Shown here in pieces: positions 1 to 9,281 of a DNA stretch of 64,000 nucleotides. Under the pieces are notes generated by a model. The model worked only from the letters and a program-made list of their open reading frames with translations. It was not told the DNA's origin and did no database searches. How positions within the stretch are numbered: the stretch's first letter is position 1; every line of letters starts with the position of its first letter. The position numbers and the translations under genes were made by a program. Where the stretch lies: NCBI GenBank assembly GCA_944363525.1, contig CALVUF010000007.1:29402-93401 (forward strand), in the 5' to 3' direction. This DNA is from an uncultured Bacilli bacterium (GTDB taxonomy: Bacteria > Bacillota_I > Bacilli_A > RFN20 > CAG-826).

Positions 1-64
1 TGTGATTTCGTCGAAAAGCTCGTTCAATCCAATCGGCGTTAGACAGGCTCGTCGATTATCTAAA

Positions 65-856
65 TTAATCCTTTTTGCTTGTTGTTCTTAAATAGATGTC
101 GTAATAGGGGTACTTTTCTTTTTGCTTCTTATGCAAGCGATAAAACCTTTGTCTGAAAACGAATTTAGGCGTTATCTTCTTGATCGCGGCTTTAAGTTTT
201 TGCTTGAATCCGACTTTATTTGCCGGATCGCCGTTTTTCATCCAATTTCCGGCGCAATAATGGATTGAGTAACCGCCTTTCTTTGAGAAATCGAATATCG
301 ATTTGGGTGAGTCGAAATAGGTCATTGGGTATATGTCTATTCCGTTGCTTAGATGGGCTTCCTTGCCGTTAAGTCTGAAGTCTGGGTAGGCATCAAGGAA
401 ATACTTGGTCACCCATTCGTTGCTGACGCGGGTCTCTTTTGTCTTTTCATAGTCAGATTCCAGAAAGTGGAGCAAGTCTAAAACGTTTTTATTGCCCTTT
501 TCGGCTCCGAAGATAGCTATCTGCAGTGATGAATCGACGATATAGGAGAGGAAGAAATGTGAAGTAAGCAAATCGTCGAATGATTTTAAGGCTTCTACAT
601 CGGTGTCGATGTATACCCCTCCATAGGTATAAACCAAATAGAGACGATACCAATCGCTGATGAATCCATACTTCTTATTTCGTTTTAGATCCTCAACAAA
701 AGGGATGCCTTTGCCAAAATCTTTTAGATCGTCGTCTCCCCAGACTTTGATTTCCCAATCGGGCATCTTTTTCTTCCAACCTTCGACGAATTGTTTTTGG
801 TCGGCTGGCATTTCGTTATTGCCCAGCCATATGGCGTGGATTATTTTCGGTATCAT
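65..856 (-). CDS. Glycosyltransferase family 32 (DXD sugar-binding, capsule synthesis)
   Basis: MIPKIIHAIWLG N-terminus and SDWYRL...YGGVYIDTDVE (DXD) motif; ATG at 856 preceded by GGAG, preferred to the ORF-track start 880. Confidence 0.9.
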   Translation of the reverse strand: MIPKIIHAIWLGNNEMPADQKQFVEGWKKKMPDWEIKVWGDDDLKDFGKGIPFVEDLKRNKKYGFISDWYRLYLVYTYGGVYIDTDVEALKSFDDLLTSHFFLSYIVDSSLQIAIFGAEKGNKNVLDLLHFLESDYEKTKETRVSNEWVTKYFLDAYPDFRLNGKEAHLSNGIDIYPMTYFDSPKSIFDFSKKGGYSIHYCAGNWMKNGDPANKVGFKQKLKAAIKKITPKFVFRQRFYRLHKKQKEKYPYYDIYLRTTSKKD

Positions 857-1187
857 GATGGTCTCCGTTGACCGACACATTATGCATTTCCTATAGGACG
901 TATGGAATGCTGGGTCGAAAAAAGACGATGATAAAATTTCCCCATTGGTCCAATTATTGGAATATGGCTATCGATAAGTTGCCCTGGATGCGAAAGGTTG
1001 CTGGGCCCAGAAAATCGTATTTTGGTTGGGGGGATTTGAATGGTGACATACGGCAAGCCGAATAAGCGTGGGGCAATCTTCGTTATGAGGAGGGCGTGCC
1101 TTATCCGTTTCACCGTGCTATGATTGTCCGGCCCAAGGGCCATCCTTGGTTATAACGTCAATTTATATCTAACTGAATCAGAATCAA

Positions 1188-2198
1188 ATGAAGCGTCATT
1201 TCTTCGGAAGCATCTTGCTTCTGTTCCCGTTGTTCTCAGCCGGTTGCTCATCGGATAATTTCGTCATGATTTTCTCGGGGGCCGAGGATGAACGCAACGC
1301 CTACCTATACCAGCGTTTATACGAGCGATTCCCCAACTACGAAATCATCATTCAATCGGTTGGATCGGGAACCGTGTTCACCAAATTGGCCAATGAGGGC
1401 GTTCGTTCCGACTGCGACATCTTCTATGACCTTGATATAACCAATGCCGCCCAGTTGAATTCGATGGAAGACGATGGCCACAAGGTCTTGGCTAATCTTT
1501 CGTCCCTAGAATTCACCCCCCCCTCTTACGATTCGTCCGTAACGAGCCTGACCGGAATCGAGGATAACTTCCTAGTTAATTGCAAAACCGACCTTGTTTT
1601 CATCGTTAACCACGAAGTTTTGGAAGAAAACAACTTGCCGGTTCCGAGCAGTTTTGCTGATTTAACTAATCCCGTCTATCGGGGTTATATCCAAATGCCC
1701 AACCCACAATCCAGTGGGACGGGGTATGGTTTTTATAACGGCATGGCCTCCCTATATGGCAAGGAAGCCGCTCTTTCTTATTTCCGGGAGTTCGGACCAA
1801 ACGTCACCGAATTCACTTCCTCTGGCTCAGTTCCATTAAAATCCTTGGACCGGGGAGAGATCGGCATCGCTATTGGGATGCTTTGGCAGGGTTATCAATA
1901 CGAATTGAAGAATCCTGACCTGGAGGTGATCATCCCGGAAGAGGGGTGCCCTTATAACCTGTTTACCATGGGGATGGTCGATACCCATGAGTTACGTCCG
2001 GCGGCTTTTGACGTTTTCCGCTTCCTCGTCGAGGAACTCAATTACGATCAGACTCTCCGCTTCACCTCCGACGTTATTTATGAAAACCAAGGGGCTTCTC
2101 TTACCGAAGGATATCCGACCGATGTTAAGGAAATCCCGATGAAGGGGCTAAAGGACCCCGCCTACAAGAAGGACCTATTGGATTCCTGGGAGTTTTAA
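1188..2198 (+). CDS. ABC transporter substrate-binding lipoprotein (Fe3+/2-aminoethylphosphonate/polyamine-type family)
   Basis: Lipobox-like SAGC; MPNPQSSGTGY motif typical of this SBP class; first gene of an ABC operon. Confidence 0.85.
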   Translation: MKRHFFGSILLLFPLFSAGCSSDNFVMIFSGAEDERNAYLYQRLYERFPNYEIIIQSVGSGTVFTKLANEGVRSDCDIFYDLDITNAAQLNSMEDDGHKVLANLSSLEFTPPSYDSSVTSLTGIEDNFLVNCKTDLVFIVNHEVLEENNLPVPSSFADLTNPVYRGYIQMPNPQSSGTGYGFYNGMASLYGKEAALSYFREFGPNVTEFTSSGSVPLKSLDRGEIGIAIGMLWQGYQYELKNPDLEVIIPEEGCPYNLFTMGMVDTHELRPAAFDVFRFLVEELNYDQTLRFTSDVIYENQGASLTEGYPTDVKEIPMKGLKDPAYKKDLLDSWEF

Positions 2199-2200
2199 CT

Positions 2201-2956
2201 ATGGAAAGCATCGTCAAAGTCGAATCCTTGCTGAAGAAGTTTGGCAATAAGGTGGTATTGAATTCCGTCTCCTTCGATATCAAGCAAGGGGAATTCTTCT
2301 CAATCCTTGGCCCCTCGGGCTGCGGCAAGACCACTTTGCTCCGTTGCCTAATCGGCATCGAGCGTCCCGAAAGCGGATCCATCGCGAAAAACGGCGTCGA
2401 TATCACCAATGCCAATCCAAAGGATAGGGGGATGGGCATCGTCTTCCAAAATTACGCCCTCTTCCCGAACATGACGGTCTACCAAAACATCGCCTACGCC
2501 TTGAAAGCCCGGAAACTTGACAAGGAAACGATCGATCGGAAGGTTCGCCAAATCATCGACGACGTCGGCTTAAGCGACCATATCAACAAGAAACCCCGGC
2601 AACTATCCGGCGGCCAGCAGCAACGGGTCGCCATCGCCCGGACCTTGGTATTGAGGCCGGATCTCGTCTTGTTCGACGAACCGATGTCGGCCTTAGATAG
2701 CGACATCCGGATGCAATTACGGGCCTTGATCAAGCAAGTCCAGCAGAAGCGGGGCATCTCGATGGTTTACATCACCCATGACCAGGAAGAGGCTTTCTCT
2801 TTGTCCGACCGGATCATGGTCATGAACAACGGGAACATCTTGCAAATCGGGACGCCGAAGGAGATATACAACCATCCGGCGACTGATTTCGTTAAGAGTT
2901 TCGTCGTCAATAATTTGAATGAGAAGGTCCGCCTGATCAAGGAGAGCATCCAATGA
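2201..2956 (+). CDS. ABC transporter ATP-binding subunit (PotA/FbpC/PhnT-like, short C-terminus)
   Basis: Walker A GPSGCGKT, signature LSGGQQQR, Walker B LVLFDEP, H-loop ITHD. Confidence 0.95.
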   Translation: MESIVKVESLLKKFGNKVVLNSVSFDIKQGEFFSILGPSGCGKTTLLRCLIGIERPESGSIAKNGVDITNANPKDRGMGIVFQNYALFPNMTVYQNIAYALKARKLDKETIDRKVRQIIDDVGLSDHINKKPRQLSGGQQQRVAIARTLVLRPDLVLFDEPMSALDSDIRMQLRALIKQVQQKRGISMVYITHDQEEAFSLSDRIMVMNNGNILQIGTPKEIYNHPATDFVKSFVVNNLNEKVRLIKESIQ

Positions 2957-5532
2957 CTGCCAAAGCCGAGCTGCGCCATTTTGGCCAGCAATCGGGCCAT
3001 TTCCTTAAGAAGGAATGGGGCCGGCTGCTGATCGTGGTCCTGATGGCCGTCTTCGCCTTAGCCCCTTTATTGGCAATGCTTTTTTCTTTGTCGGCCGACG
3101 ATTTCGTCTACATGTTCGCCGACCATCGATTCTACCAATCGATCGGCTTCTCCTTGCTCTATAGTTCGGTCGCGGCCGTCGTCTCGGTGGGGCTGTCCTT
3201 ATTGATTGCCTTTTTGCTGGACCGTTCGCATCTAAAACATAAGAAGGTCTTCGTTTTGCTTTTGACCTTGCCGATGCTCGTTCCCTCGATTTCTATCGGC
3301 TTGGGTTTCCGGACCTTTTTAGGGACTTCCGGTTTCCTTGATCAGATAACTGGGTTGGAGACCTCGGCGACTGGTTTGGGGTCATTGATTCTATCTTCCA
3401 TCGTCTTATCCTTCCCGACTTCCTTTTTGATTGTCTACGACGCCTTCCATTATGAGGATAAGTCGGTTTATGACGCGGCCAGGACGCTCGGCATCTCGCC
3501 CATCAGCCAGTTCTTCTCCATCACCATCCCTTCCTTGAAAGGGGCCATCATCTCCTCTTTCTTCGCTTCTTTATCGCTGATCTTCTCCGACTATGGCTTA
3601 CCGATGGAGGTGGCCGGCACCATCCAAACCCTCCCGATCTATTTATATGAACAGGTCAACTCGACCTTCGAGTATGGTCGGGCAGCCATCGTCGGGCTGT
3701 TCTTGCTGTTGCCCGCCATCGCCTCTTTCATCGTCGATATCTTCGTTAAGGAAAGCGCCTCCGAGGAATCCTCCGCCGGCAATATGGAGAAGAGCAAACT
3801 ATTCGACGGGATTACTTTAGCCTCAATCATCGTCTTCTCCTTGTTGCTGTTTATCCCTCAACTCTCCTTCATCGCCTTGGCTTTTATTAAGTCTTTCCCC
3901 AACAATATGGCCTTCACCTGGGATAACTTCTCGGGCCTATTCAAATCCAGTTCGGGGCCGGGCATCAGCCGTTATGTCATCAATTCCTTGGAGATGTCGT
4001 TGCTGGTGGGGGCCATCGGGACGGCTTTGGCCTATCTGACCGCCTATTTCACCAGCCGGGTCCCGGGGAAACTCGGCAAGGGGATTCACTTTATCTCCGT
4101 TTCCTCGATTGCCATCCCCGGCATCGTCTTAGGGGTGGGCTATATCCTGATGTTCAAAGGGACCCATGGGTTCTTTTATGGGACGATGGCGATCTTGGTA
4201 GTGGTCAACGTCATCCACTTCTTCGGCTCCCCTTATCTGATGGCCAAGGATTCCTTATCGAAGATGAATAAGGAATATGAGAACGTCGGGTCGACGTTGG
4301 GCTTATCCAAGCCCCGGATCTTCTTCCGGGTCCTTATCCCCAACAGCATCCCCACCTTAATTGAGATGTTCTCCTATTTCTTTCTCAACTCGATGGTCAC
4401 CATCTCCGCCGTCTCTTTCCTATGCCGTTATGTCAATCAGCCTTTAGCGGTCCTGATCACCAATTATGAGAAGACTGGGAACTATGCGATGCAGGCGGTC
4501 ATCTCCTTCGTTATCTTCGGAATCAACGTGATAGCCAAATGCTTATTCACCGGGGTGTCCTCGGTCTTGGCCCGGTTAACGGGCAAGACCCCGCGGACCT
4601 CCCCATCCTTAAGCCGGATTGAGTTCAATTATTTAGCCTATCTTGAGGCCCATAGCCGGCTTCCTTATGACGAGCATCTTCTTTCAAATAATCTCAAAAT
4701 CTCGGTTTCGGCCTTAAGCCGGTTGACCAAGGATTTAGGGGAAAGGAACCTCTTGCAGATCGATAGCAACGGCAATGTCTCGATCACCGAAATGGGGTTA
4801 AAAGAACTGGAGCCCTATCGGGTTAAGCGGGCCATTATTTTGGCCGCTGGGTTTGGTTCTCGGATGGCCCCAGTTACCTTGGACACGCCGAAACCTTTGG
4901 TTAAGGTTCATGGCAAGCGGATCATCGAGCCTCTGCTGGATGCTTTATACGCCAAGGGGATAACCGATATCGTCTTGGTCCGGGGGTATAAGAAGGATCA
5001 GTTCGATTGCCTGAAGGAGAAGTATCCGACGATTACTTTCCTAGACAACACCGAATTCAACGTCACCAACAACATCTCCTCCTTGATGCGGTGCATCGAT
5101 TATGTTGATCGGTGCTACATCCTGGAAGCTGACCTTTTGATCTCCAATCCTAATCTAATTCGAAAATACGAGTATGAGACCAGTTATATGGGGGCGAAGG
5201 TGGTCGAGACCGATGACTGGTGCTTCGACGTCAAGAAAGGGCGGATTGTCAATTACCGGATGGGTGGGGATGATTGCTATCAGGCCTATGGTATCTCCTT
5301 CTGGAATGAGGAGGATTCGGAAAAGCTCCGGATCTATATCCCGAAACTCTATTACTCCCATGCTGGCAAGGAGAACTTCTGGGATGGGTGCATCTTCCGG
5401 GCGTATAAGAATAAGTTCAAGATCGCCCTCCATAGCTGCACCAAATCCGATATCGTGGAGATCGATAATTTCAGCGAATTGGTGGCCTTGGATGATTCTT
5501 ATGCCAATTATCCGCGGCACGAGGAGTACTGA
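2953..5532 (+). CDS. Fusion protein: double ABC permease + winged HTH + LicC/PntC-like cytidylyltransferase
   Basis: aa ~1-545 hydrophobic with two EAA-like loops (YDAARTLG, YENVGSTLG); aa ~550-620 MarR-like wHTH; then RAIILAAGFGSRMAPVTLDTPKPL NTP-transferase motif and terminal EIDNFSEL. Confidence 0.85.
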   Translation: MTAKAELRHFGQQSGHFLKKEWGRLLIVVLMAVFALAPLLAMLFSLSADDFVYMFADHRFYQSIGFSLLYSSVAAVVSVGLSLLIAFLLDRSHLKHKKVFVLLLTLPMLVPSISIGLGFRTFLGTSGFLDQITGLETSATGLGSLILSSIVLSFPTSFLIVYDAFHYEDKSVYDAARTLGISPISQFFSITIPSLKGAIISSFFASLSLIFSDYGLPMEVAGTIQTLPIYLYEQVNSTFEYGRAAIVGLFLLLPAIASFIVDIFVKESASEESSAGNMEKSKLFDGITLASIIVFSLLLFIPQLSFIALAFIKSFPNNMAFTWDNFSGLFKSSSGPGISRYVINSLEMSLLVGAIGTALAYLTAYFTSRVPGKLGKGIHFISVSSIAIPGIVLGVGYILMFKGTHGFFYGTMAILVVVNVIHFFGSPYLMAKDSLSKMNKEYENVGSTLGLSKPRIFFRVLIPNSIPTLIEMFSYFFLNSMVTISAVSFLCRYVNQPLAVLITNYEKTGNYAMQAVISFVIFGINVIAKCLFTGVSSVLARLTGKTPRTSPSLSRIEFNYLAYLEAHSRLPYDEHLLSNNLKISVSALSRLTKDLGERNLLQIDSNGNVSITEMGLKELEPYRVKRAIILAAGFGSRMAPVTLDTPKPLVKVHGKRIIEPLLDALYAKGITDIVLVRGYKKDQFDCLKEKYPTITFLDNTEFNVTNNISSLMRCIDYVDRCYILEADLLISNPNLIRKYEYETSYMGAKVVETDDWCFDVKKGRIVNYRMGGDDCYQAYGISFWNEEDSEKLRIYIPKLYYSHAGKENFWDGCIFRAYKNKFKIALHSCTKSDIVEIDNFSELVALDDSYANYPRHEEY

Positions 5533-5562
5533 TAAGTTTACTAAACAAAAGGAGGGCGCATT

Positions 5563-6444
5563 GTGAAAGGTTCAAAACAGGTTTTGTCGAATTCCGGGAA
5601 GGACTATTACCTCAGTGATGAGGAGATGGACAAGCTCCGAACCGTAGAACTGGAGATATTGGCGGATACCTATGCCGCTTGCCGGAAAAGGAATATCCCT
5701 CTTTATTTAACCTATGGCACATTACTGGGGGCGGTACGCCACCATGGTTATATCCCTTGGGACGATGATGTCGATATCGCCGCCCATTATTCTGATTTCC
5801 CCAAAATCATCGAAGCGGTCAAGGAAGAGTTTCCGGATAAATACGATTTTGCCGGCTTGCCCGTCAACTATAAGACCAACGCTTTTTATGGCTTGAAGAT
5901 CATGAAGAAAGGGACGGAAGCAATCGAAATGCCCTCAGAGAATTGCCCCCGTCCGTTAGGGATATTCATCGACATCTTTGCCATCTTTAAGGTATCGGAT
6001 AACCCGAAGAAGCGATTGAAAGATTTCAAACGATTTGATTTCTGGGTTCACGTTGGAGCTTTGGCTTTTGAATACCGGCACAAGCCGAAGGTGGTGTTTG
6101 AACTGAGCCCCGAATCGAAGAAGTATTATCGGATGCGTCGCCTCTTCGGCTTTATCTGCAATCCCTTTTACGTTCATTCCCGGAAGGCATTATTAAAGCT
6201 ATATACGAAATATGAGGATCAGGGCACAGGCTGCTATGCGGTTGATTATCTAGCGGGGATGAAGGGACAGACAATCGGCGAGAAAGAAATAACGTCTATC
6301 TCCGAATACGAGTTTGCTGGCCACAAGTTCACCTCGTTTGAGAATTACGACTTCATCCTGAAGCTCTTATACGGCCCGACCTATATGGAACTGCCGCCGG
6401 TGGAGCAGCGGGAACGGCATATGATGATCAAAATTAAGGCTTAA
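5563..6444 (+). CDS. licD: LicD family phosphotransferase
   Basis: GTLLGAVRHHGYIPWDDDVDI, IFIDIF and YGPTYMELPP motifs; SD AAGGAGG before GTG. Confidence 0.92.
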   Translation: MKGSKQVLSNSGKDYYLSDEEMDKLRTVELEILADTYAACRKRNIPLYLTYGTLLGAVRHHGYIPWDDDVDIAAHYSDFPKIIEAVKEEFPDKYDFAGLPVNYKTNAFYGLKIMKKGTEAIEMPSENCPRPLGIFIDIFAIFKVSDNPKKRLKDFKRFDFWVHVGALAFEYRHKPKVVFELSPESKKYYRMRRLFGFICNPFYVHSRKALLKLYTKYEDQGTGCYAVDYLAGMKGQTIGEKEITSISEYEFAGHKFTSFENYDFILKLLYGPTYMELPPVEQRERHMMIKIKA

Positions 6445-7300
6445 TCAAACGATCACCAAAGGATATTTCCGAGACGTAGTGGTGGGGTATCCGTTCTTCT
6501 TCCGGCGGATATTCCATATAGTTGCCGTATAGATACTTCAGCGTGGCATCCGGATTAGCTGGAGCCTTGGCTTGCCGACCTTCGAATTCCACGATTGATT
6601 CCCCTTCGAATAGTTCAGCCGGAGCAATCTGGAATATGACATCGCTGGCGTTAACCCAGCCAGTGGATTCAAAGGCGTGTTTCTTTATCGATTTGTTTCT
6701 TATCGCCGTGGCTTTTTCCCGGGAGCACCAAAAGAAAGCCGCTCGAGATAAAAATCTAGCAATCTTGCCGATAATCGGATGATTGGGTTTTATTCCGGGA
6801 ACGGGAAGGAATTGCTTCGGCAAGCATTTGGCGTTCAGCATGTATAAATAAGCTTTTCTAGTTAGATATTTGAACTTTTTGCTTGGGGAAGGGAAGCTGA
6901 CGACGGGGAATATATCGATGAATATCCCTTTGGCCATGTCACAACGTTGTTTGACGTATTCTTCGTAGATAGTTCCGTCTTTCATCAGCTTCGCGAAGCT
7001 TTGCCAGCAACGGGAATCTTTTTCCCGGCAATCGAGGTGAAAACCGTTCTCGTCTTGGTATTCGCCGATGAACCGATAATAGTCCTCGGCCGGCATACAG
7101 ACATCGAGGTCATCATCCCAAGGGATGAAACCTTTGTGTCGGACTGCGCCAAGCAATGTTCCCCATCCTAATTGGTATCGAAGATTATGTTTTTGACAAA
7201 AATCGACGAAATGGTCGAATATTTCTAATTGAATATCTTTCAGTTTTTCGCGTTGTTCTTCGGTTAGTTTCAAGCAGGGTTTGATTTGTATTTCACTCAT
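6434..7300 (-). CDS. licD: LicD family phosphotransferase (second copy, convergent)
   Basis: GTLLGAVRHKGFIPWDDDLDV, IFIDIFP and YGNYMEYPP motifs. Confidence 0.92.
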   Translation of the reverse strand: MSEIQIKPCLKLTEEQREKLKDIQLEIFDHFVDFCQKHNLRYQLGWGTLLGAVRHKGFIPWDDDLDVCMPAEDYYRFIGEYQDENGFHLDCREKDSRCWQSFAKLMKDGTIYEEYVKQRCDMAKGIFIDIFPVVSFPSPSKKFKYLTRKAYLYMLNAKCLPKQFLPVPGIKPNHPIIGKIARFLSRAAFFWCSREKATAIRNKSIKKHAFESTGWVNASDVIFQIAPAELFEGESIVEFEGRQAKAPANPDATLKYLYGNYMEYPPEEERIPHHYVSEISFGDRLIKP

Positions 7301-7340
7301 AGCAACCTCCGTTTGCCGTGCTTCGTTGTTGATGCGGGTA

Positions 7341-8219
7341 TCAAGGTTTCGTCGCCATTATTACCTTCTCTATGATGTTTTGGTCTACGTCTATGTCAAA
7401 TTTTCTGGCAATGAATTTACCGCAGCTCATCAATTCACCAAAATCGGTTTCCGTGAATACCTTAGGACTTGACGATTTTTTTGGGGGGAAGACGGCATAG
7501 GTAATGCCTGGCAAAAATGAATCTTTAAATTTTGGGTTCGTCCAAAGCAAAGTTTGAAAGAAACACTCGTCTGGTACGAGCTTATTTTTGAAGAAATTCA
7601 AAAATTCCGGATGGCTATGCAAATAGTCCAATATGTAGGTCACCGCTTCACGATTATAGGCGAACCATTGATAACCAAACCGGAACGCATGTTCCTTATA
7701 AAAACGCGAGATCAAGAACGGGAAAGTATGTTTTCGCCCCCCTGTTAGATATTTCCAAATATTCCTAAGAAAATACGCCGACCCTTTGCTGGCGCGCATG
7801 CATTGGAAATAGGGAACCTGATTTCGTTTGTTGAATAGCTTCGAACTCGGCATTAAGGTATTGAAGTTGGCGTTTCTATTTTCAGACAGCGTTTGATAAA
7901 GATCCGTTGATTTTTTGATCAGCAAGTCCTGGCCGCTGCAAAGCACATAAAAGAAGTAATTGCTTTTGGCTGACGCTTTCAGAAGTTGTATTGTAGCGAG
8001 TACTAAGGTAATGTCGCCCCAGTTGGTCAAAATTCTTTGGCTGTCGGGCAAAATCACAACGTTCCTCTTATTGAGCAACTTAAGTTCGCCAGAAGAAAAC
8101 TCAAATTTCTTGTCGAAGTGAATGTATATATCGAATAGGTCGTCTTGAAATTGATCGATGAATCTGCCTACTTGAAGAATACTTTTATGTGCAAGTATTA
8201 ATATTGCAATCTTTTCCAT
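7341..8219 (-). CDS. Glycosyltransferase family 14 (core-2/I-branching-like)
   Basis: IAILILAH, IYIHFD, WG, SGQD, QW, PDECFFQT and FIARKF motifs. Confidence 0.88.
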   Translation of the reverse strand: MEKIAILILAHKSILQVGRFIDQFQDDLFDIYIHFDKKFEFSSGELKLLNKRNVVILPDSQRILTNWGDITLVLATIQLLKASAKSNYFFYVLCSGQDLLIKKSTDLYQTLSENRNANFNTLMPSSKLFNKRNQVPYFQCMRASKGSAYFLRNIWKYLTGGRKHTFPFLISRFYKEHAFRFGYQWFAYNREAVTYILDYLHSHPEFLNFFKNKLVPDECFFQTLLWTNPKFKDSFLPGITYAVFPPKKSSSPKVFTETDFGELMSCGKFIARKFDIDVDQNIIEKVIMATKP

Positions 8220-8325
8220 TGACTAATTGTAAATATGACACTCTCTAAATTCAACATGCCGATGAATATTGATTTTTCCTAGAATTATGACTTTTGGATA
8301 TGGGGAATGTTATGATAATAAAGCT

Positions 8326-9168
8326 ATGAATTATTCTGTGCTTATGTCAGTCTATTCGAAAGAAAACCCTGGCTTTTTGAAAACCGCTTTGAATAGCATT
8401 TTAAATCAGACTTTGTCGACAAACGATTTTGTCATTGTTCGCGATGGTTCCTTGCCCGATTCCCTAAACGAAGTTTTGAACGAGGCAGTTAAAAAATATC
8501 CCGAGATTGTCCATGTTTATGGATACGAGAAAAATGAGGGCCTCGGGTATGCGTTGAATTTTGGATTGCCTTATTGCCGAAACGATATTGTGTTAAGGAT
8601 GGACTCCGATGATTTCTCGTTTCCGAATCGAGCCGAAATCCAGGTCGAAAAATTCGTTGAAGATGGGGTGGATTTGTCATCTTCTCAGATTTTATTGTTC
8701 GACTCGGATCCATATAAAAGTATTGGTGAACGGGTTGTGCCTTTGACTGCCGAAGAAATCAAACGTTTTTCTCAGTCCCGTTCGCCTTTCAATCATCCTT
8801 CGGTCATTTTCAGCAAAGCAAAAGTCATGGAAGCTGGTGGCTATAAACCACTCCTATATAAGGAAGATTATTTTCTGTGGATTAGGATGATTCAGAAAGG
8901 GTGCAAGGTGAATAACATCCCAGACCCCGTTGTAGCGATGAGAATTAATCCAGAAACTTTCTTCAAACGTAAGAACAAAAGTGTTTATCAGAGCGGCAAA
9001 TGGCTGAATCGTTATATGCTTAAAACCAAATACATAGGGCGTATAAGATATATAAAGAACGGCATGATTAATTTTATGCGATATCACCTACCAAATTGGC
9101 TTGTCTCGAAAATTACTAAAAGATATTGGAGCGGAAGCAAGGATCAATCGGATCCCAATCCCCAGTAA
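8326..9168 (+). CDS. Glycosyltransferase family 2 (AmsE-like)
   Basis: YSVLMSVY..E, RMDSDD, SPFNHPSV and EDYFLW motifs; ATG 8326 chosen from the adjacent -10 box. Confidence 0.9.
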   Translation: MNYSVLMSVYSKENPGFLKTALNSILNQTLSTNDFVIVRDGSLPDSLNEVLNEAVKKYPEIVHVYGYEKNEGLGYALNFGLPYCRNDIVLRMDSDDFSFPNRAEIQVEKFVEDGVDLSSSQILLFDSDPYKSIGERVVPLTAEEIKRFSQSRSPFNHPSVIFSKAKVMEAGGYKPLLYKEDYFLWIRMIQKGCKVNNIPDPVVAMRINPETFFKRKNKSVYQSGKWLNRYMLKTKYIGRIRYIKNGMINFMRYHLPNWLVSKITKRYWSGSKDQSDPNPQ

Positions 9169-9281
9169 TCGAGTCTTTATCAACCTTCGGAGGTAATGGC
9201 GGATCATCCCTACGTGCTTTGCAAACTTCGACTCTTCCCGAAACCCGCCATCGAACCTGGGGGAAGCGATTTGCTGTCAAA

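Noticed and set aside
868-1143. Short ORFs 868-1065 (+) and 880-1143 (-)
   Set aside because: They overlap each other in a divergent promoter region and show no recognisable motif
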